A stretch of 56,875 nt of DNA, taken from the NCBI GenBank assembly GCA_964422065.1, contig CAYQZW010000002.1, positions 1 to 56,875 on the forward strand. Direction: 5' to 3'. The stretch comes from an uncultured bacterium (lineage in GTDB: Bacteria; Hydrothermota; Hydrothermia; WGAB01). Positions 7,518 through 17,371 of this stretch are shown one piece after another; the first letter of the stretch is position 1, and each line of letters begins with the position of its first letter. Under the pieces are notes generated by a model that searched no databases, was not told where the DNA came from, and saw only the letters and a program-made list of their open reading frames with translations. The position numbers were made by a program, and so were the translations under genes.

Positions 7518-10070
7518 ATGGGAACCCTGATCCTCAACGGAAAAGAGGTTCAGTTCGAACCCGGTGAGACGCTCCTTCAAGTGGCCTGGCGTCACGGCAT
7601 CGATATTCCCGTTTTCTGCTACCATCCTCATCTTCCCGTCATTGCTGCCTGTCGGATGTGTCTTGTAGAGGTGGAGCACCGGGGTCGCACCATGCTGATG
7701 CCGGCCTGTGGCACGGCTGCCCAGGAAGGCATGAAGGTCACCACCGATAACGAACGGGTTCTTCAGGCCCGCAAAGACCAACTCCAATTCCTCCTCTTGC
7801 ATCATCCGTTGGAGTGTCCGGTCTGTGATGCCGGAGGCGAATGTGATCTCCAGAACATCACATTCCGACACGGCCCCACCCAATCCGCCTTTGAGTTCCC
7901 GAAGCACGAGAAAGAACGCCGGTCCGCGGGTCCCTTCCTCGAACTTTACCCCAACCGATGCATCATCTGCTACCGGTGTGTCTCCTTTTACCGGCAGATT
8001 GAGGGGGGTGAAGACTGGGGCTATGAGGAGCGGGGGACCGAGATCCTGGTCGGTCCGTACCGCGATACCATCCTTCAGAGTGAGTTTTCTGGGAACATGA
8101 TTGAAGTGTGCCCTCTGGGCGCCATTACGGGCCGGGACTACCGGTTCAGGATTCGGCCATGGGAATACACGGTCATGCCGAGTGTCTCTCCCCATGACTC
8201 CCTGGGAGCCAACCTGAAGGTCTATCTCCGGCCCGGTACCCGCTACGGACGGGGACATATGGTCACCGGAGGATATCGCGGCGAAGACCACGAGATCTTC
8301 CGATGCAACATTCGTTTCAACCCCCAGATCAACGATCCTTGGATTGACGACCGGTCCCGGTTTGTCCATGAATTCATCAATGCGGAGGACCGGGTGCTTT
8401 ACCCGCGGATCCTCAACGATGGACAGCCGCAGGAGACGGATTGGGAGACGGCTCTGCGAATGCTCAGGGACCGGCTCACCGAGGTCCTTGAGACCCACGG
8501 TCCGGAGGCGATTGGGGGGATCGCCGGGGGCATCGGGACCAATGAAGCCGCTCTCCTCTTTGAGCACTGGCTCCGACACGTCATCGGCACCCCCCATCTG
8601 GATTCCCGGCCTCCGAATGGTCAAATGGACCGGGATCCCCTGGTCCTGGGGTTGGGCTTCTCAGGCTCCACCGCTACCCAGGTGGACATTGACACCGCCG
8701 ACCTCATCCTGGGGTTCAACCTCCAGATCAAAAATGCGTTCCCGATCCTGGGCCCCCGTCTCCTTCGCCAGAAACGCTACGGACTCTCGTTCCACCTCAC
8801 CCCGTACGCAGACCCTGAAGACCGGAAGTATTTCCGAACCCACATCCTTTACCACCCCTGCCATGAAGAGGCGGTCACCCTGGCACTGGCGCTCTTCATC
8901 GCCCGAGAACTCGGGTACGAACTGGACGGTGTGGCCGGACTGGATCCTCACGACCTAATGGCCCAGTGCAAAGTCAACACCCAGGACCTCCAGACCCTGG
9001 CCAGAGAACTCCTCTACGCCGGGCAGACCCTCATTCTGTTTGATGATGCTCAGAATCCTCGGGTGATCCAGAATCTCGTCCTCATCTCTGTCCTGACCAA
9101 GGCAAAGGTCCTGGTCCTCCGGACCGCTCCCAACGGCCAGGGGTTCGTGGACCAGGGGGTGCATCCCTGTCTGCTCCCGGGCCAGGTTCTGACTTCCTTC
9201 CCGGGCATGAACACTGCGGCAATGATTGAGGCCGCAGCGAAGGGCCGGCTCAAGGCCCTGGTTCTCTGGAACGTAGATCCATTGAAGGAATTCCCAGACC
9301 GTGCCCGAGTGGAGACTGCCCTGAAGAACCTGGATCTTTTGGTCGTCTTTGACATGTTCCACACCGAGACCGCGGCTATGGCCCATCTGCTCTTTCCGGT
9401 GGCCACCCCATTTGAGGAGACCGGGACGTACACCACCACGGACGGCATTCTCCAGCCGGTCCAGGCCCTTTTACATCCCCCTGGCCTGGCCAAGGACGCC
9501 GGTGTCGCCTTCCAGGAGGTCCTGAACTCCTTTGGCGTGGATCTTCCCGATCTTGAGACCTGGGTCAAAGAAAAGAACCCCCTCTACCGCGAGATTTATC
9601 CCCCCAAAGAGACGAAAGAGGTGGACCGATTCCCTCAATACATCCCTTCGGTGGCGACCCTTGCAGACAAGTACTCTTATCCGTATGTCCCTTACTCGCC
9701 ACAGTTAAAACTGCTGAAACCCAGGATCCCCGAAATTTCTGCGGAGGAGCGTCATCCCGCAGAGTGGGTGCTCCGGAGACATCTTTACTGGACGCGGTAT
9801 GGGCTTCGTTCGCCCCTGGTTCAAGAACTTCTTCCCCAACATGTCCTGACACTGCACCCAGAAACAGCGGAAACTCTGGGGATTCCGGAGGGAGAAGGGG
9901 TGGTCGAAGCGATGGGCCGTGCGTTCACGTATCGGACCGATCCGGAGGTTCCTCCGGGCCTTGTGCTTCTGCTCTGGCCTCCGCTCCGGACCGATGCCAA
10001 TCTCCTCTATCGGGGGACCCCGAGCGTAGATGTCCAATGGCTTGCCAAAATCCTGGAGGGCAAACCATGA
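7518..10070 (+). CDS. nuoG: NADH-quinone oxidoreductase subunit G-like Fe-S protein
   Basis: 850 aa. The 2Fe-2S motif is CYHPHLPVIAACRMCLVEV...PACGT. HHPLECPVCDAGGECDLQ is the His-ligated 4Fe-4S motif, and NRCIICYRCV...VCPLGA is a further 4Fe-4S motif. A molybdopterin-oxidoreductase-like domain follows, lacking the N7 cysteines (SVSPHDSLGANL). Confidence 0.88.
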   Translation: MGTLILNGKEVQFEPGETLLQVAWRHGIDIPVFCYHPHLPVIAACRMCLVEVEHRGRTMLMPACGTAAQEGMKVTTDNERVLQARKDQLQFLLLHHPLECPVCDAGGECDLQNITFRHGPTQSAFEFPKHEKERRSAGPFLELYPNRCIICYRCVSFYRQIEGGEDWGYEERGTEILVGPYRDTILQSEFSGNMIEVCPLGAITGRDYRFRIRPWEYTVMPSVSPHDSLGANLKVYLRPGTRYGRGHMVTGGYRGEDHEIFRCNIRFNPQINDPWIDDRSRFVHEFINAEDRVLYPRILNDGQPQETDWETALRMLRDRLTEVLETHGPEAIGGIAGGIGTNEAALLFEHWLRHVIGTPHLDSRPPNGQMDRDPLVLGLGFSGSTATQVDIDTADLILGFNLQIKNAFPILGPRLLRQKRYGLSFHLTPYADPEDRKYFRTHILYHPCHEEAVTLALALFIARELGYELDGVAGLDPHDLMAQCKVNTQDLQTLARELLYAGQTLILFDDAQNPRVIQNLVLISVLTKAKVLVLRTAPNGQGFVDQGVHPCLLPGQVLTSFPGMNTAAMIEAAAKGRLKALVLWNVDPLKEFPDRARVETALKNLDLLVVFDMFHTETAAMAHLLFPVATPFEETGTYTTTDGILQPVQALLHPPGLAKDAGVAFQEVLNSFGVDLPDLETWVKEKNPLYREIYPPKETKEVDRFPQYIPSVATLADKYSYPYVPYSPQLKLLKPRIPEISAEERHPAEWVLRRHLYWTRYGLRSPLVQELLPQHVLTLHPETAETLGIPEGEGVVEAMGRAFTYRTDPEVPPGLVLLLWPPLRTDANLLYRGTPSVDVQWLAKILEGKP

Positions 10071-10654
10071 TTTTACCTCTTTTAAAGGGACTTTCGGTCA
10101 CCCTGAAACATTTTTTCAAGCCCAAGATTACGGTCCAGTACCCTGAGGAGCGCAAGCCGCTCCCTCCCCGTGCCCGTTGGCTCCACAAACTCCAGCGCCA
10201 TGAAGATGGGCTGGAACGCTGTGTGGCCTGCATGCTGTGTGCGGCATCGTGTCCCACGGGTGCCATTTACATCGTGGGCGGGGAGAATACCGAAGACCAC
10301 CGGGTCTCCCATGGGGAACGCTATGCGGTGGTCTGGGACCTGGATCTGGGGCGATGCATGTTCTGCGGGATCTGTGTCGAGGCATGTCCGGAAGAGGTCA
10401 TCATCATGACCGACGAGTTTGAACTCGCGACCGAGAGCCGGGACGCACTGATCCTCCACAAGGATCGGCTCACCGCAAAGCCCGACGAGAAGCCCATCTG
10501 GGCATGGATGGGCTACTATCCCCGGGAGCCTGAAAAGCCGTCTCCCCTCCAATTGCCTCTATTCAAGCACAAGCGGTACTGGGAATACCTCCGGTCCAAG
10601 GGGCACCTGTCGTCGGAGTCTCCAAGGGACAAGGAGGCGCATCATGCCCCGTGA
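10067..10654 (+). CDS. nuoI: NADH-quinone oxidoreductase subunit I-like 2x[4Fe-4S] ferredoxin
   Basis: [12 protein letters not shown] and [12 protein letters not shown] motifs. Start set at ATG 10067 (ATGA overlap with the nuoG stop) rather than ORF-track 9764. Has a C-terminal extension of about 50 aa. Confidence 0.88.
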   Translation: MILPLLKGLSVTLKHFFKPKITVQYPEERKPLPPRARWLHKLQRHEDGLERCVACMLCAASCPTGAIYIVGGENTEDHRVSHGERYAVVWDLDLGRCMFCGICVEACPEEVIIMTDEFELATESRDALILHKDRLTAKPDEKPIWAWMGYYPREPEKPSPLQLPLFKHKRYWEYLRSKGHLSSESPRDKEAHHAP

Positions 10655-11204
10655 GCCCAGACCCGGTTATCCCCATCAGATCTACGGCGAATCCGGGAAA
10701 TTCAACGACACCCCGGTCCTGGAGGGTCGGGAGAGTTCCCTGATCCATCAACTTCGGAATCGGGTCCTTCTGACGACGGTCGACCGGATGGTCCGTTGGG
10801 CACGGAAAAATTCCCTCTGGCCGTTGCCTCTGGGCCTTGCCTGCTGCGCCATTGAAATGATGGGGACCTTCTTCGCACGCTATGACATGGCGAGGTTTGG
10901 GGCTGAGGTCTTCCGCTTCTCCCCGCGTCAGGCCGATCTCATGATCGTCGCAGGGACCGTAACCCGGAAGATGGCCCCGGCGATTAAGCGGCTCTATGAC
11001 CAAATGTCGGAACCCAAATGGGTGATCGCTATGGGTGCCTGTGCGATGGCCGGCGGCCCCTACAACTCTTATGCCGTGCTCCAGGGGGTGGACGAGATCA
11101 TCCCGGTGGACATTTATGTGCCGGGATGCCCACCCCGGCCTGAGGCCTTGCTTTACGGGATCATGAAATTGCAGGAGAAAATCCAGCGGAGCCGCGCACT
11201 ATGA
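10644..11204 (+). CDS. nuoB: NADH-quinone oxidoreductase subunit B-like protein
   Basis: [21 protein letters not shown] and [11 protein letters not shown] (N2 cluster cysteines). Overlaps nuoI by 11 nt. Confidence 0.9.
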   Translation: MPREPRPGYPHQIYGESGKFNDTPVLEGRESSLIHQLRNRVLLTTVDRMVRWARKNSLWPLPLGLACCAIEMMGTFFARYDMARFGAEVFRFSPRQADLMIVAGTVTRKMAPAIKRLYDQMSEPKWVIAMGACAMAGGPYNSYAVLQGVDEIIPVDIYVPGCPPRPEALLYGIMKLQEKIQRSRAL

Positions 11205-11965
11205 GCATCCCGACGGATGGGGTTGTGGTCCAGGACCTCAAGAAATACTTTTTGGACCGGAAACGGGGGCTCATCAAGGCCGTAGATGGGGTGTCCTTTG
11301 AAGCACGACCCGGGGAGATCTTTGCCCTGTTAGGTCCCAATGGCGCAGGGAAAACCACATGCCTGCGGGTGATCGCGACGGTCTTAAAACCCACTGCAGG
11401 ACACGTCTTTGTCCATGGGTACCGGGTGACACAGCATCCAGACCGGGTCCGGCGCGTCCTGGGGTTCCATCCCGGGGACGCAGGGGTGTACCACCGACTC
11501 ACTCCCTTTGAGATGGTCACCGTCTTCGCAGAACTTGCGGGCCATTCCCGCCGAGATGCTCGGAGAAAAGCCCAGGAGATCTTTGAGCACCTGGGGCTCC
11601 TGGAGGTGGCCAAGACCCCCCTCGGCAAACTCTCTACCGGCCAACGCCAAAAAACGGCGATCGCACGGATCATGGTCGTGGACCCACCGGTGTGGGTCCT
11701 GGATGAACCGGCGCTGGGCCTGGATGTCCCTACGACCCAGGAAGTGGAACAGGCCATTCTGGACGCCAAGCGACGGGGCCGCACCGTCATCCTTTCCACG
11801 CACACGATGGAACAGGCCGAATACCTCGCCGATCGAATTGCCGTGATGGACCGCGGGAAGATCCAGGCCATGGGTACGATGGACGACCTTCGACGGCTCA
11901 CCCATAAGACCCGCCTCCGGGAGATCTTCCTGGACCTCATCCAACTGGAGGCTCCTTCGGCATGA
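11201..11965 (+). CDS. ABC transporter ATP-binding protein (ABC-2/NatA-like)
   Basis: Walker [10 protein letters not shown], signature LSTGQRQK, Walker [12 protein letters not shown] overlap with the nuoB stop. Confidence 0.9.
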   Translation: MSIPTDGVVVQDLKKYFLDRKRGLIKAVDGVSFEARPGEIFALLGPNGAGKTTCLRVIATVLKPTAGHVFVHGYRVTQHPDRVRRVLGFHPGDAGVYHRLTPFEMVTVFAELAGHSRRDARRKAQEIFEHLGLLEVAKTPLGKLSTGQRQKTAIARIMVVDPPVWVLDEPALGLDVPTTQEVEQAILDAKRRGRTVILSTHTMEQAEYLADRIAVMDRGKIQAMGTMDDLRRLTHKTRLREIFLDLIQLEAPSA

Positions 11966-13110
11966 AGGCACTGCTTCGCAAAGAGTTCCTGGATGTGATC
12001 CGAGACCGACGGACCCTGTTCAGCATGATTGTGGTCCCCTTGATCGCCATCCCCACAATCGTGGGCATCTCTTCATTCTTTGCAGAGCGAGGGATCGCCA
12101 AAATCCGTGCCGCCCGGATCACCATTTTTGTTCCTCAACAAGGCATCCCGGAAGAGGTCCGGGACCTCCTCCAGAAGGCCAACTTCCAACTGATTCCAGT
12201 CGCCAATCCGGTGGATAGCCTGACCGAGGAGATCCCCGCGGCCTTGATTCGTGAGGGGAACGTGTACCAGATCCTCTATGATGGAGCCAGTGAGAAAGGA
12301 CAGGAGGCACTCCGAAGAATTCGGGAGGTCCTGCGTCAACACCGGGATGTAATGGTCCGGCGCATGTTAGAAGACCTTGGAGTGCCCCCAGAAGTCCTGA
12401 AGCCCTTTGATGTTCAGGAGGTGAATCTGGCTTCAAGGGAACGGATGGGTGGGATGGTGATGGGGATGTTCCTGGGATACATCCTCGTCATCTTCATGTT
12501 TACCAGCGCGATGTATGCCGCAATGGACCTGACGGTAGGGGAAAAAGAGCGGCGAACTCTGGAGGTTCTCCTCTCCGCTGCCCCCATCCGTCGCAATGTC
12601 GTGATGGCTAAAATTACGATCGTTACATTGGTCGCCGTGCTCACCTCCATCATTCTGGTGATCGGGTGGATCCTCACCATGGTGTACTTTGGAGGGGCTT
12701 TTTTGACCCGTGAACTTCAAGGCGCGCTTCGCCTGGGGCTCAACGGCATCCAAGTGTTGTTGAGTTTCCTCCTGATCTTGCCCTTCGCAGTCTTCGTTGC
12801 CTCCCTTGAGGTTGCCATTGCTTCCTTTGCCCGGAGTTATCGGGAGGCTCAGTCTTATCTGAGTCCTCTGATGATTCTGGTCATCCTTCCAGCAATGGTC
12901 ACTTTGATGCCTGGCGGATCGGAGTTGGGGTGGTGGAAAGCCCTGGTGCCGGTGCTGAATGTCTCGGATACCTTTCGACAGATTCTCCAGGGCCACATCC
13001 TGGCTCCTCAGTATGGCCTTACGCTGATCAGCACCCTCGTTTATGCCGGGCTGGCCTTTTGGGGTTCGATCTTCCTCTTCCAGCGCGAAGAAATCCTGTT
13101 CCGAGAGTAG
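11962..13110 (+). CDS. ABC-2 family transporter permease (NatB-like)
   Basis: 382 aa. One N-terminal TM segment, a large soluble loop, then about 5 hydrophobic segments. ATGA overlap with the ATPase gene. Confidence 0.8.
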   Translation: MKALLRKEFLDVIRDRRTLFSMIVVPLIAIPTIVGISSFFAERGIAKIRAARITIFVPQQGIPEEVRDLLQKANFQLIPVANPVDSLTEEIPAALIREGNVYQILYDGASEKGQEALRRIREVLRQHRDVMVRRMLEDLGVPPEVLKPFDVQEVNLASRERMGGMVMGMFLGYILVIFMFTSAMYAAMDLTVGEKERRTLEVLLSAAPIRRNVVMAKITIVTLVAVLTSIILVIGWILTMVYFGGAFLTRELQGALRLGLNGIQVLLSFLLILPFAVFVASLEVAIASFARSYREAQSYLSPLMILVILPAMVTLMPGGSELGWWKALVPVLNVSDTFRQILQGHILAPQYGLTLISTLVYAGLAFWGSIFLFQREEILFRE

Positions 13111-13125
13111 TTCCCCAGTTTTGGT

Positions 13126-13154
13126 TTGAATGGAAAGAGGAGGGCATGTATAAT
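13126..13154 (+). promoter_or_regulatory. Sigma70-like promoter upstream of rpmF
   Basis: TTGAAT (13126-13131), 17-nt spacer, TATAAT (13149-13154). Confidence 0.45.
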
Positions 13155-13204
13155 TACCTGCCCACGAGAGCAGCCGGGTGACGGCTGAAGAGGAGGTAAA
13201 ATCC

Positions 13205-13390
13205 ATGCCAGCTCCGAAACGAAGACATTCCAGAGCACGATCTCGGAAACGTCGGACACACTACAAGGCGCAAGTTCCGTCGTTTTCGGTTTGCCCGAAC
13301 TGTGGGCAACCGAAGCCTCCGCACCGGGTGTGTCCCCACTGTGGTTTTTATCGGGGACAATCGGTGATTTTCATCCGAGAGAAAGCATAA
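13205..13390 (+). CDS. rpmF: 50S ribosomal protein L32
   Basis: MPAPKRRHSRARSRKRR N-terminus and zinc-ribbon CPNCG...CPHCG. Start set at ATG 13205 (GAGGAGG SD upstream), not ORF-track 13178. Confidence 0.92.
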   Translation: MPAPKRRHSRARSRKRRTHYKAQVPSFSVCPNCGQPKPPHRVCPHCGFYRGQSVIFIREKA

Positions 13391-13396
13391 GTTCTC

Positions 13397-14392
13397 ATGG
13401 CACTGGTCGTACTGGATGCCTTCGGGAGTGATCGGGCTCCCGAGGTGGAAGTTTTGGGTGCCCTCCAGGCGCTCAAGGAAGACCCCGACCTACATGTCCT
13501 GTTGGTGGGGGACGCGTCGCTTCTCCGGTCCAGACTCCCCAAGCCGGTTCCGGACCGTCTGGAGATCCTCCACGCCCCAGAGCGTGTCACGATGCACGAC
13601 AAACCCACACAGGTCTTGCGGACCAAGAAGAACTCTTCCATTGCATTGGGGCTCCAGGCCCTTCAAGATCGTGGGGCTGCGGCCTTTATCTCCGCAGGGA
13701 ACACCGGCGCGGTGATGGCGTTCAGTCTGGTACAGTTGGGGCGAATTCAGGGCATTAAGCGGCCTGCCATTGGGGCGCTGTTTCCGACCACCCAGGGGTT
13801 TGCGCTCGTGCTGGATGTCGGCGCCAATGCCCAGGTCAAGCCCCAACACCTGCTGGAATTCGGACTGATGGGCTCTGTGATGGTGGAGCACCTCCTCGGC
13901 ATCCGGAACCCCCGGGTGGGTCTTCTCTCCATCGGGGAGGAAGAGACCAAGGGGAACGAGACCGTGTTTCAGGCCCGGGAACTCATGGCCAAAGACTCCC
14001 GGATCCAATTCGTCGGCTATGTGGAGGGCAACGATGTCCTCTTCGGCAAGGCCGATGTGATTGTCGCCGATGGCTTCACAGGGAACGTGATGTTGAAATT
14101 CGGAGAGGGGGTCATCAGTTTCATCAGTCTGTTGATTCGTCAAGCGATCAAGCGAAATCCCATTGCACTCCTTGGGGGTCTTCTGTTGCGGGGAGCCCTG
14201 AAGTCGTTGAAGCACCAACTGGATTTTGAAGAGTATGGGGGTGCACCGTTGATTGGGGTCAACGGCATCGTCATCATTGCGCACGGTCGGTCCTCGCCCC
14301 GCGCGATCAAGAACGCGATCCTGACGGGGAAACGGCTCCATCAAGAGGGTGTACTCCAGCACCTCCAGAACATTGCCACCCCTTCGTCCTAA
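13397..14392 (+). CDS. plsX: Phosphate acyltransferase PlsX
   Basis: 331 aa. Full-length PlsX-like sequence (DAFGSDRAP, SAGNTGA, ADGFTGNV, APLIGVNG) in the conserved rpmF-plsX arrangement. Confidence 0.92.
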   Translation: MALVVLDAFGSDRAPEVEVLGALQALKEDPDLHVLLVGDASLLRSRLPKPVPDRLEILHAPERVTMHDKPTQVLRTKKNSSIALGLQALQDRGAAAFISAGNTGAVMAFSLVQLGRIQGIKRPAIGALFPTTQGFALVLDVGANAQVKPQHLLEFGLMGSVMVEHLLGIRNPRVGLLSIGEEETKGNETVFQARELMAKDSRIQFVGYVEGNDVLFGKADVIVADGFTGNVMLKFGEGVISFISLLIRQAIKRNPIALLGGLLLRGALKSLKHQLDFEEYGGAPLIGVNGIVIIAHGRSSPRAIKNAILTGKRLHQEGVLQHLQNIATPSS

Positions 14393-15149
14393 CCCCTTGG
14401 ACGTTCGCCCCATCCGAACGAAGACCGCTCTGGTGAAGACCAAGATCCCGGGCTTTGACTACGTGATCAACCCCTACGTGGGCTGTGCCTTTGGCTGTCG
14501 GTTCTGCTATGTCCGAAAATTCTTGGATTTTTGGCAGATCCAGGAGCCCTGGGGGACCTTCGTATGGGCGAAGGTCAATTTGCCAGACCGATTACGGAGG
14601 GAACTCCCTCGTCGGCGTTGGCCGGCCCGCATCCTGATGAGTTCTTCTACGGACCCGTATGTGCCGCAGGAACGCCATTACCGAATCACACGGCAGGTTC
14701 TGGAACTCCTCTCCTTTGTACCGGTGGACCTTCAGATCCTGACCCGTTCAGATCTCATCCTTCGGGACGTAGATCTTCTGGGAAGATTCCGGCATCTCAG
14801 GATTGGCTTCTCCCTTTCCACAAACCGACCGGAGGTCAAACGGCTTCTGGAGCCCCGAAGCCCTGGAATCCAGCGGAGAATTCGCGCATTACAGACCCTT
14901 CGGGCTCGGGGATTTTCAACCTATGTGTTCATCGCCCCGCTGTTGCCGATCGACCTGGAAGGTCTGGTCCGGGACGTGGTCCCTTACGTGGACGAGATCC
15001 TCGTGGATGCCATGAATTATCCGGGGATGAACCGACGAGTCTTAAGGGACCACGGATTAGAGTTTGTTTTGGACCCTGTGTGGGTCCAAAAGACCCTGGA
15101 AGAACTCCGAGCGGCGGTGGAGCCGCGCGTGCCCGTCCGGGCCGTTTGA
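14349..15149 (+). CDS. Radical SAM protein (SplB/COG1533-like)
   Basis: CAFGCRFCY is a Cx3Cx2C motif near the N-terminus. The start is uncertain: the ORF-track start overlaps plsX by 44 nt. Confidence 0.75.
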   Translation: MYSSTSRTLPPLRPNPLDVRPIRTKTALVKTKIPGFDYVINPYVGCAFGCRFCYVRKFLDFWQIQEPWGTFVWAKVNLPDRLRRELPRRRWPARILMSSSTDPYVPQERHYRITRQVLELLSFVPVDLQILTRSDLILRDVDLLGRFRHLRIGFSLSTNRPEVKRLLEPRSPGIQRRIRALQTLRARGFSTYVFIAPLLPIDLEGLVRDVVPYVDEILVDAMNYPGMNRRVLRDHGLEFVLDPVWVQKTLEELRAAVEPRVPVRAV

Positions 15150-15169
15150 CCTCCAACCGGGCCAAGTAT

Positions 15170-15198
15170 TTGACAAATGGGGTCAAAACCCTTATGAT
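15170..15198 (+). promoter_or_regulatory. Sigma70-like promoter upstream of the EF-G gene
   Basis: TTGACA (15170-15175), 17-nt spacer, TATGAT (15193-15198). Confidence 0.5.
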
Positions 15199-15241
15199 GG
15201 ACGCCTTCACTTGAACTCCCCCTGGAGGAATGTGAGTCATC

Positions 15242-17323
15242 ATGAAACGGATACCTATTGCCAAAATTCGGAATATCGGGATCGTCGCGCACATTGATGC
15301 GGGAAAGACGACGACCACCGAACGGATTTTGTATTTAACCGGCCGAGTCCGCCGTTTGGGTGAGGTCCACGACGGCAACGCCACGATGGACTGGATGCCG
15401 GAAGAGAAGGAACGAGGCATCACGATCACAGCAGCATCTACGGCTTGCTTCTGGAAAGGACACATGATCAACATTGTGGATACACCGGGGCACGTGGACT
15501 TCACCATTGAAGTGGAACGGGCTTTAAGGGTTCTGGACGGAGCCGTGGTCATTCTGGACGCGGAGGCGGGCGTAGAACCTCAGACAGAGACGGTCTGGTA
15601 CCAGGCGGACAAGTACCGGATCCCGCGGATTGTCTTCATCAACAAAATGGACAAAATCGGCGCCAACCCCGAGCGGACTGTGCAGGAGGTGGAACAGATG
15701 CTCGGAGCCACGCCCCTGGTCCTTCAGATCCCCATTGGCCTGGAACAGGAGTTCCGTGGCGTTGTGGACGTTTTGACAGGAAAGGCCTATGCCTTTGATG
15801 ATGTGGGACATGCCCTGGAATTGCCGGAACTCCCGGAACCCCTGCAGGACGATCTTCGCTACTATCAGGAACTCATGCTGGATCTCTTGACGGAGTACGA
15901 TGACGCGCTGATGGAACACTTCGTGGAACATGGCCAGATGGATCCTGAATTGGCCGTCCAGGCCATCCGTCGGGGGACCTTGACGGGCCGGATCGTTCCA
16001 GTGCTGCTTGGGAGTGCGTACAAAAACAAGGGCATTCCCTTCCTTTTAGATGCGATTACCCGATACCTCCCCTCTCCCGCGGATCTCCCTCCCATTTCCG
16101 GCACAAACCCGGTCACAGGTCATGAAGAGATCCGGGAGCCCAATGAAAACGGCCCCCTGACTGCCTTTGCGTTCAAGGTGATGACGGACCCCTATGTGGG
16201 GAAGTTGGTGTATGTCCGGGTGTATTCCGGAACGCTCACTGCCGGGTCCTATATGTACAACGCCACCACGGGTCAGAAGGAGCGGATCTCCCGGATTCTG
16301 AGGATGCATGCCAATCAACGCGAGGATGTGGAGGAACTGGCAGCGGGGGATATTGGGGCCATTCTGGGGCTCAAGCACACGGTCACAGGCCACACCCTGA
16401 CGGAACCCGAGTTCCCCTTGGTTCTGGAGCAGATCACCTATCCTGAGCCTGTTTTGGCGGTCTCCATTGAGCCGGCATCCAAACACGACCACGACAAGTT
16501 CCAATCCGCACTCCGGAAGATCCTGGATGAAGATCCTTCGCTCCGACTCATCCTCAACGAGGAGACCGGAGAAACCCTGCTCTCCGGGATGGGTGAACTC
16601 CACCTGGAGATCGTGGCCAGTCGGCTCAAACGCGAATTCCACACCCCGGTGATTTTGGGCACACCGCAGGTCGCTTACCGTGAGACGATTACCCGAGGGG
16701 TTACCGTAGAGGGCAAGTTCATCAAACAGACCGGTGGCCGAGGACAGTATGGTCATGTTGTGCTCCGGGTTGAGCCTTTAGAGCGGGGCAGCGGGATTGT
16801 TTTTGAAGAAAAACTGCGGGGATCCAATGTGCCCCGGGAGTATGTGCCCGCGGTGGAGAAAGGCGTTCGGAAGGCTCTGGAGAAAGGCATCATTGCAGAG
16901 TATCCCGTGATTGACGTCCGTGTGGTCTTGCTGGACGGGTCGCATCACGAGGTGGACTCCTCGGACCTTGCGTTCCAGGAAGCGGCACGGCGCGCCACCT
17001 TAAAGGCGTTGGCTGAAGGACAGCCAATCTTGTTGGAGCCCATTATGAAGGTCGAGGTCCGCGTCCCCGAGGCCATGGTGGGCGATGTGATCGGAGATAT
17101 CGGGGCACGTCGGGGCCAGGTGACGGAGATCCTGGACCGTGGGCAAAACAAAGTGGTTCGTGCCCGAATCCCGCTCGCCGAACTCCTTCAGTACGCCACC
17201 GACCTCCGATCCCTGACGCGTGGTCGAGGAAATTTCAGCGTGGAATTTGAAACGTATCAGCCCGTTTCGGAAGAGGCCACGGCCAAAGTCCTCAAGACCG
17301 TCCGTCGCAAATCCCGTTCCTAA
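15242..17323 (+). CDS. fusA: Elongation factor G family GTPase (stand-alone copy, outside a str operon)
   Basis: 693 aa. G1 AHIDAGKTT, G3 DTPGHVDF, G4 NKMD, and full five-domain length. Confidence 0.9.
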   Translation: MKRIPIAKIRNIGIVAHIDAGKTTTTERILYLTGRVRRLGEVHDGNATMDWMPEEKERGITITAASTACFWKGHMINIVDTPGHVDFTIEVERALRVLDGAVVILDAEAGVEPQTETVWYQADKYRIPRIVFINKMDKIGANPERTVQEVEQMLGATPLVLQIPIGLEQEFRGVVDVLTGKAYAFDDVGHALELPELPEPLQDDLRYYQELMLDLLTEYDDALMEHFVEHGQMDPELAVQAIRRGTLTGRIVPVLLGSAYKNKGIPFLLDAITRYLPSPADLPPISGTNPVTGHEEIREPNENGPLTAFAFKVMTDPYVGKLVYVRVYSGTLTAGSYMYNATTGQKERISRILRMHANQREDVEELAAGDIGAILGLKHTVTGHTLTEPEFPLVLEQITYPEPVLAVSIEPASKHDHDKFQSALRKILDEDPSLRLILNEETGETLLSGMGELHLEIVASRLKREFHTPVILGTPQVAYRETITRGVTVEGKFIKQTGGRGQYGHVVLRVEPLERGSGIVFEEKLRGSNVPREYVPAVEKGVRKALEKGIIAEYPVIDVRVVLLDGSHHEVDSSDLAFQEAARRATLKALAEGQPILLEPIMKVEVRVPEAMVGDVIGDIGARRGQVTEILDRGQNKVVRARIPLAELLQYATDLRSLTRGRGNFSVEFETYQPVSEEATAKVLKTVRRKSRS

Positions 17324-17371
17324 CTCCGATTTCCCTTTACAGGCCCCAGGAGTGCCTTTACCATTTTCGCT

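Noticed and set aside
7332-8624. 430-aa ORF antisense to nuoG
   Set aside because: It lies fully inside a well-supported nuoG frame with clear Fe-S motifs. Its translation is Arg/Gly/Pro/Val-rich with no motifs, as expected for antisense frames in GC-rich coding DNA.
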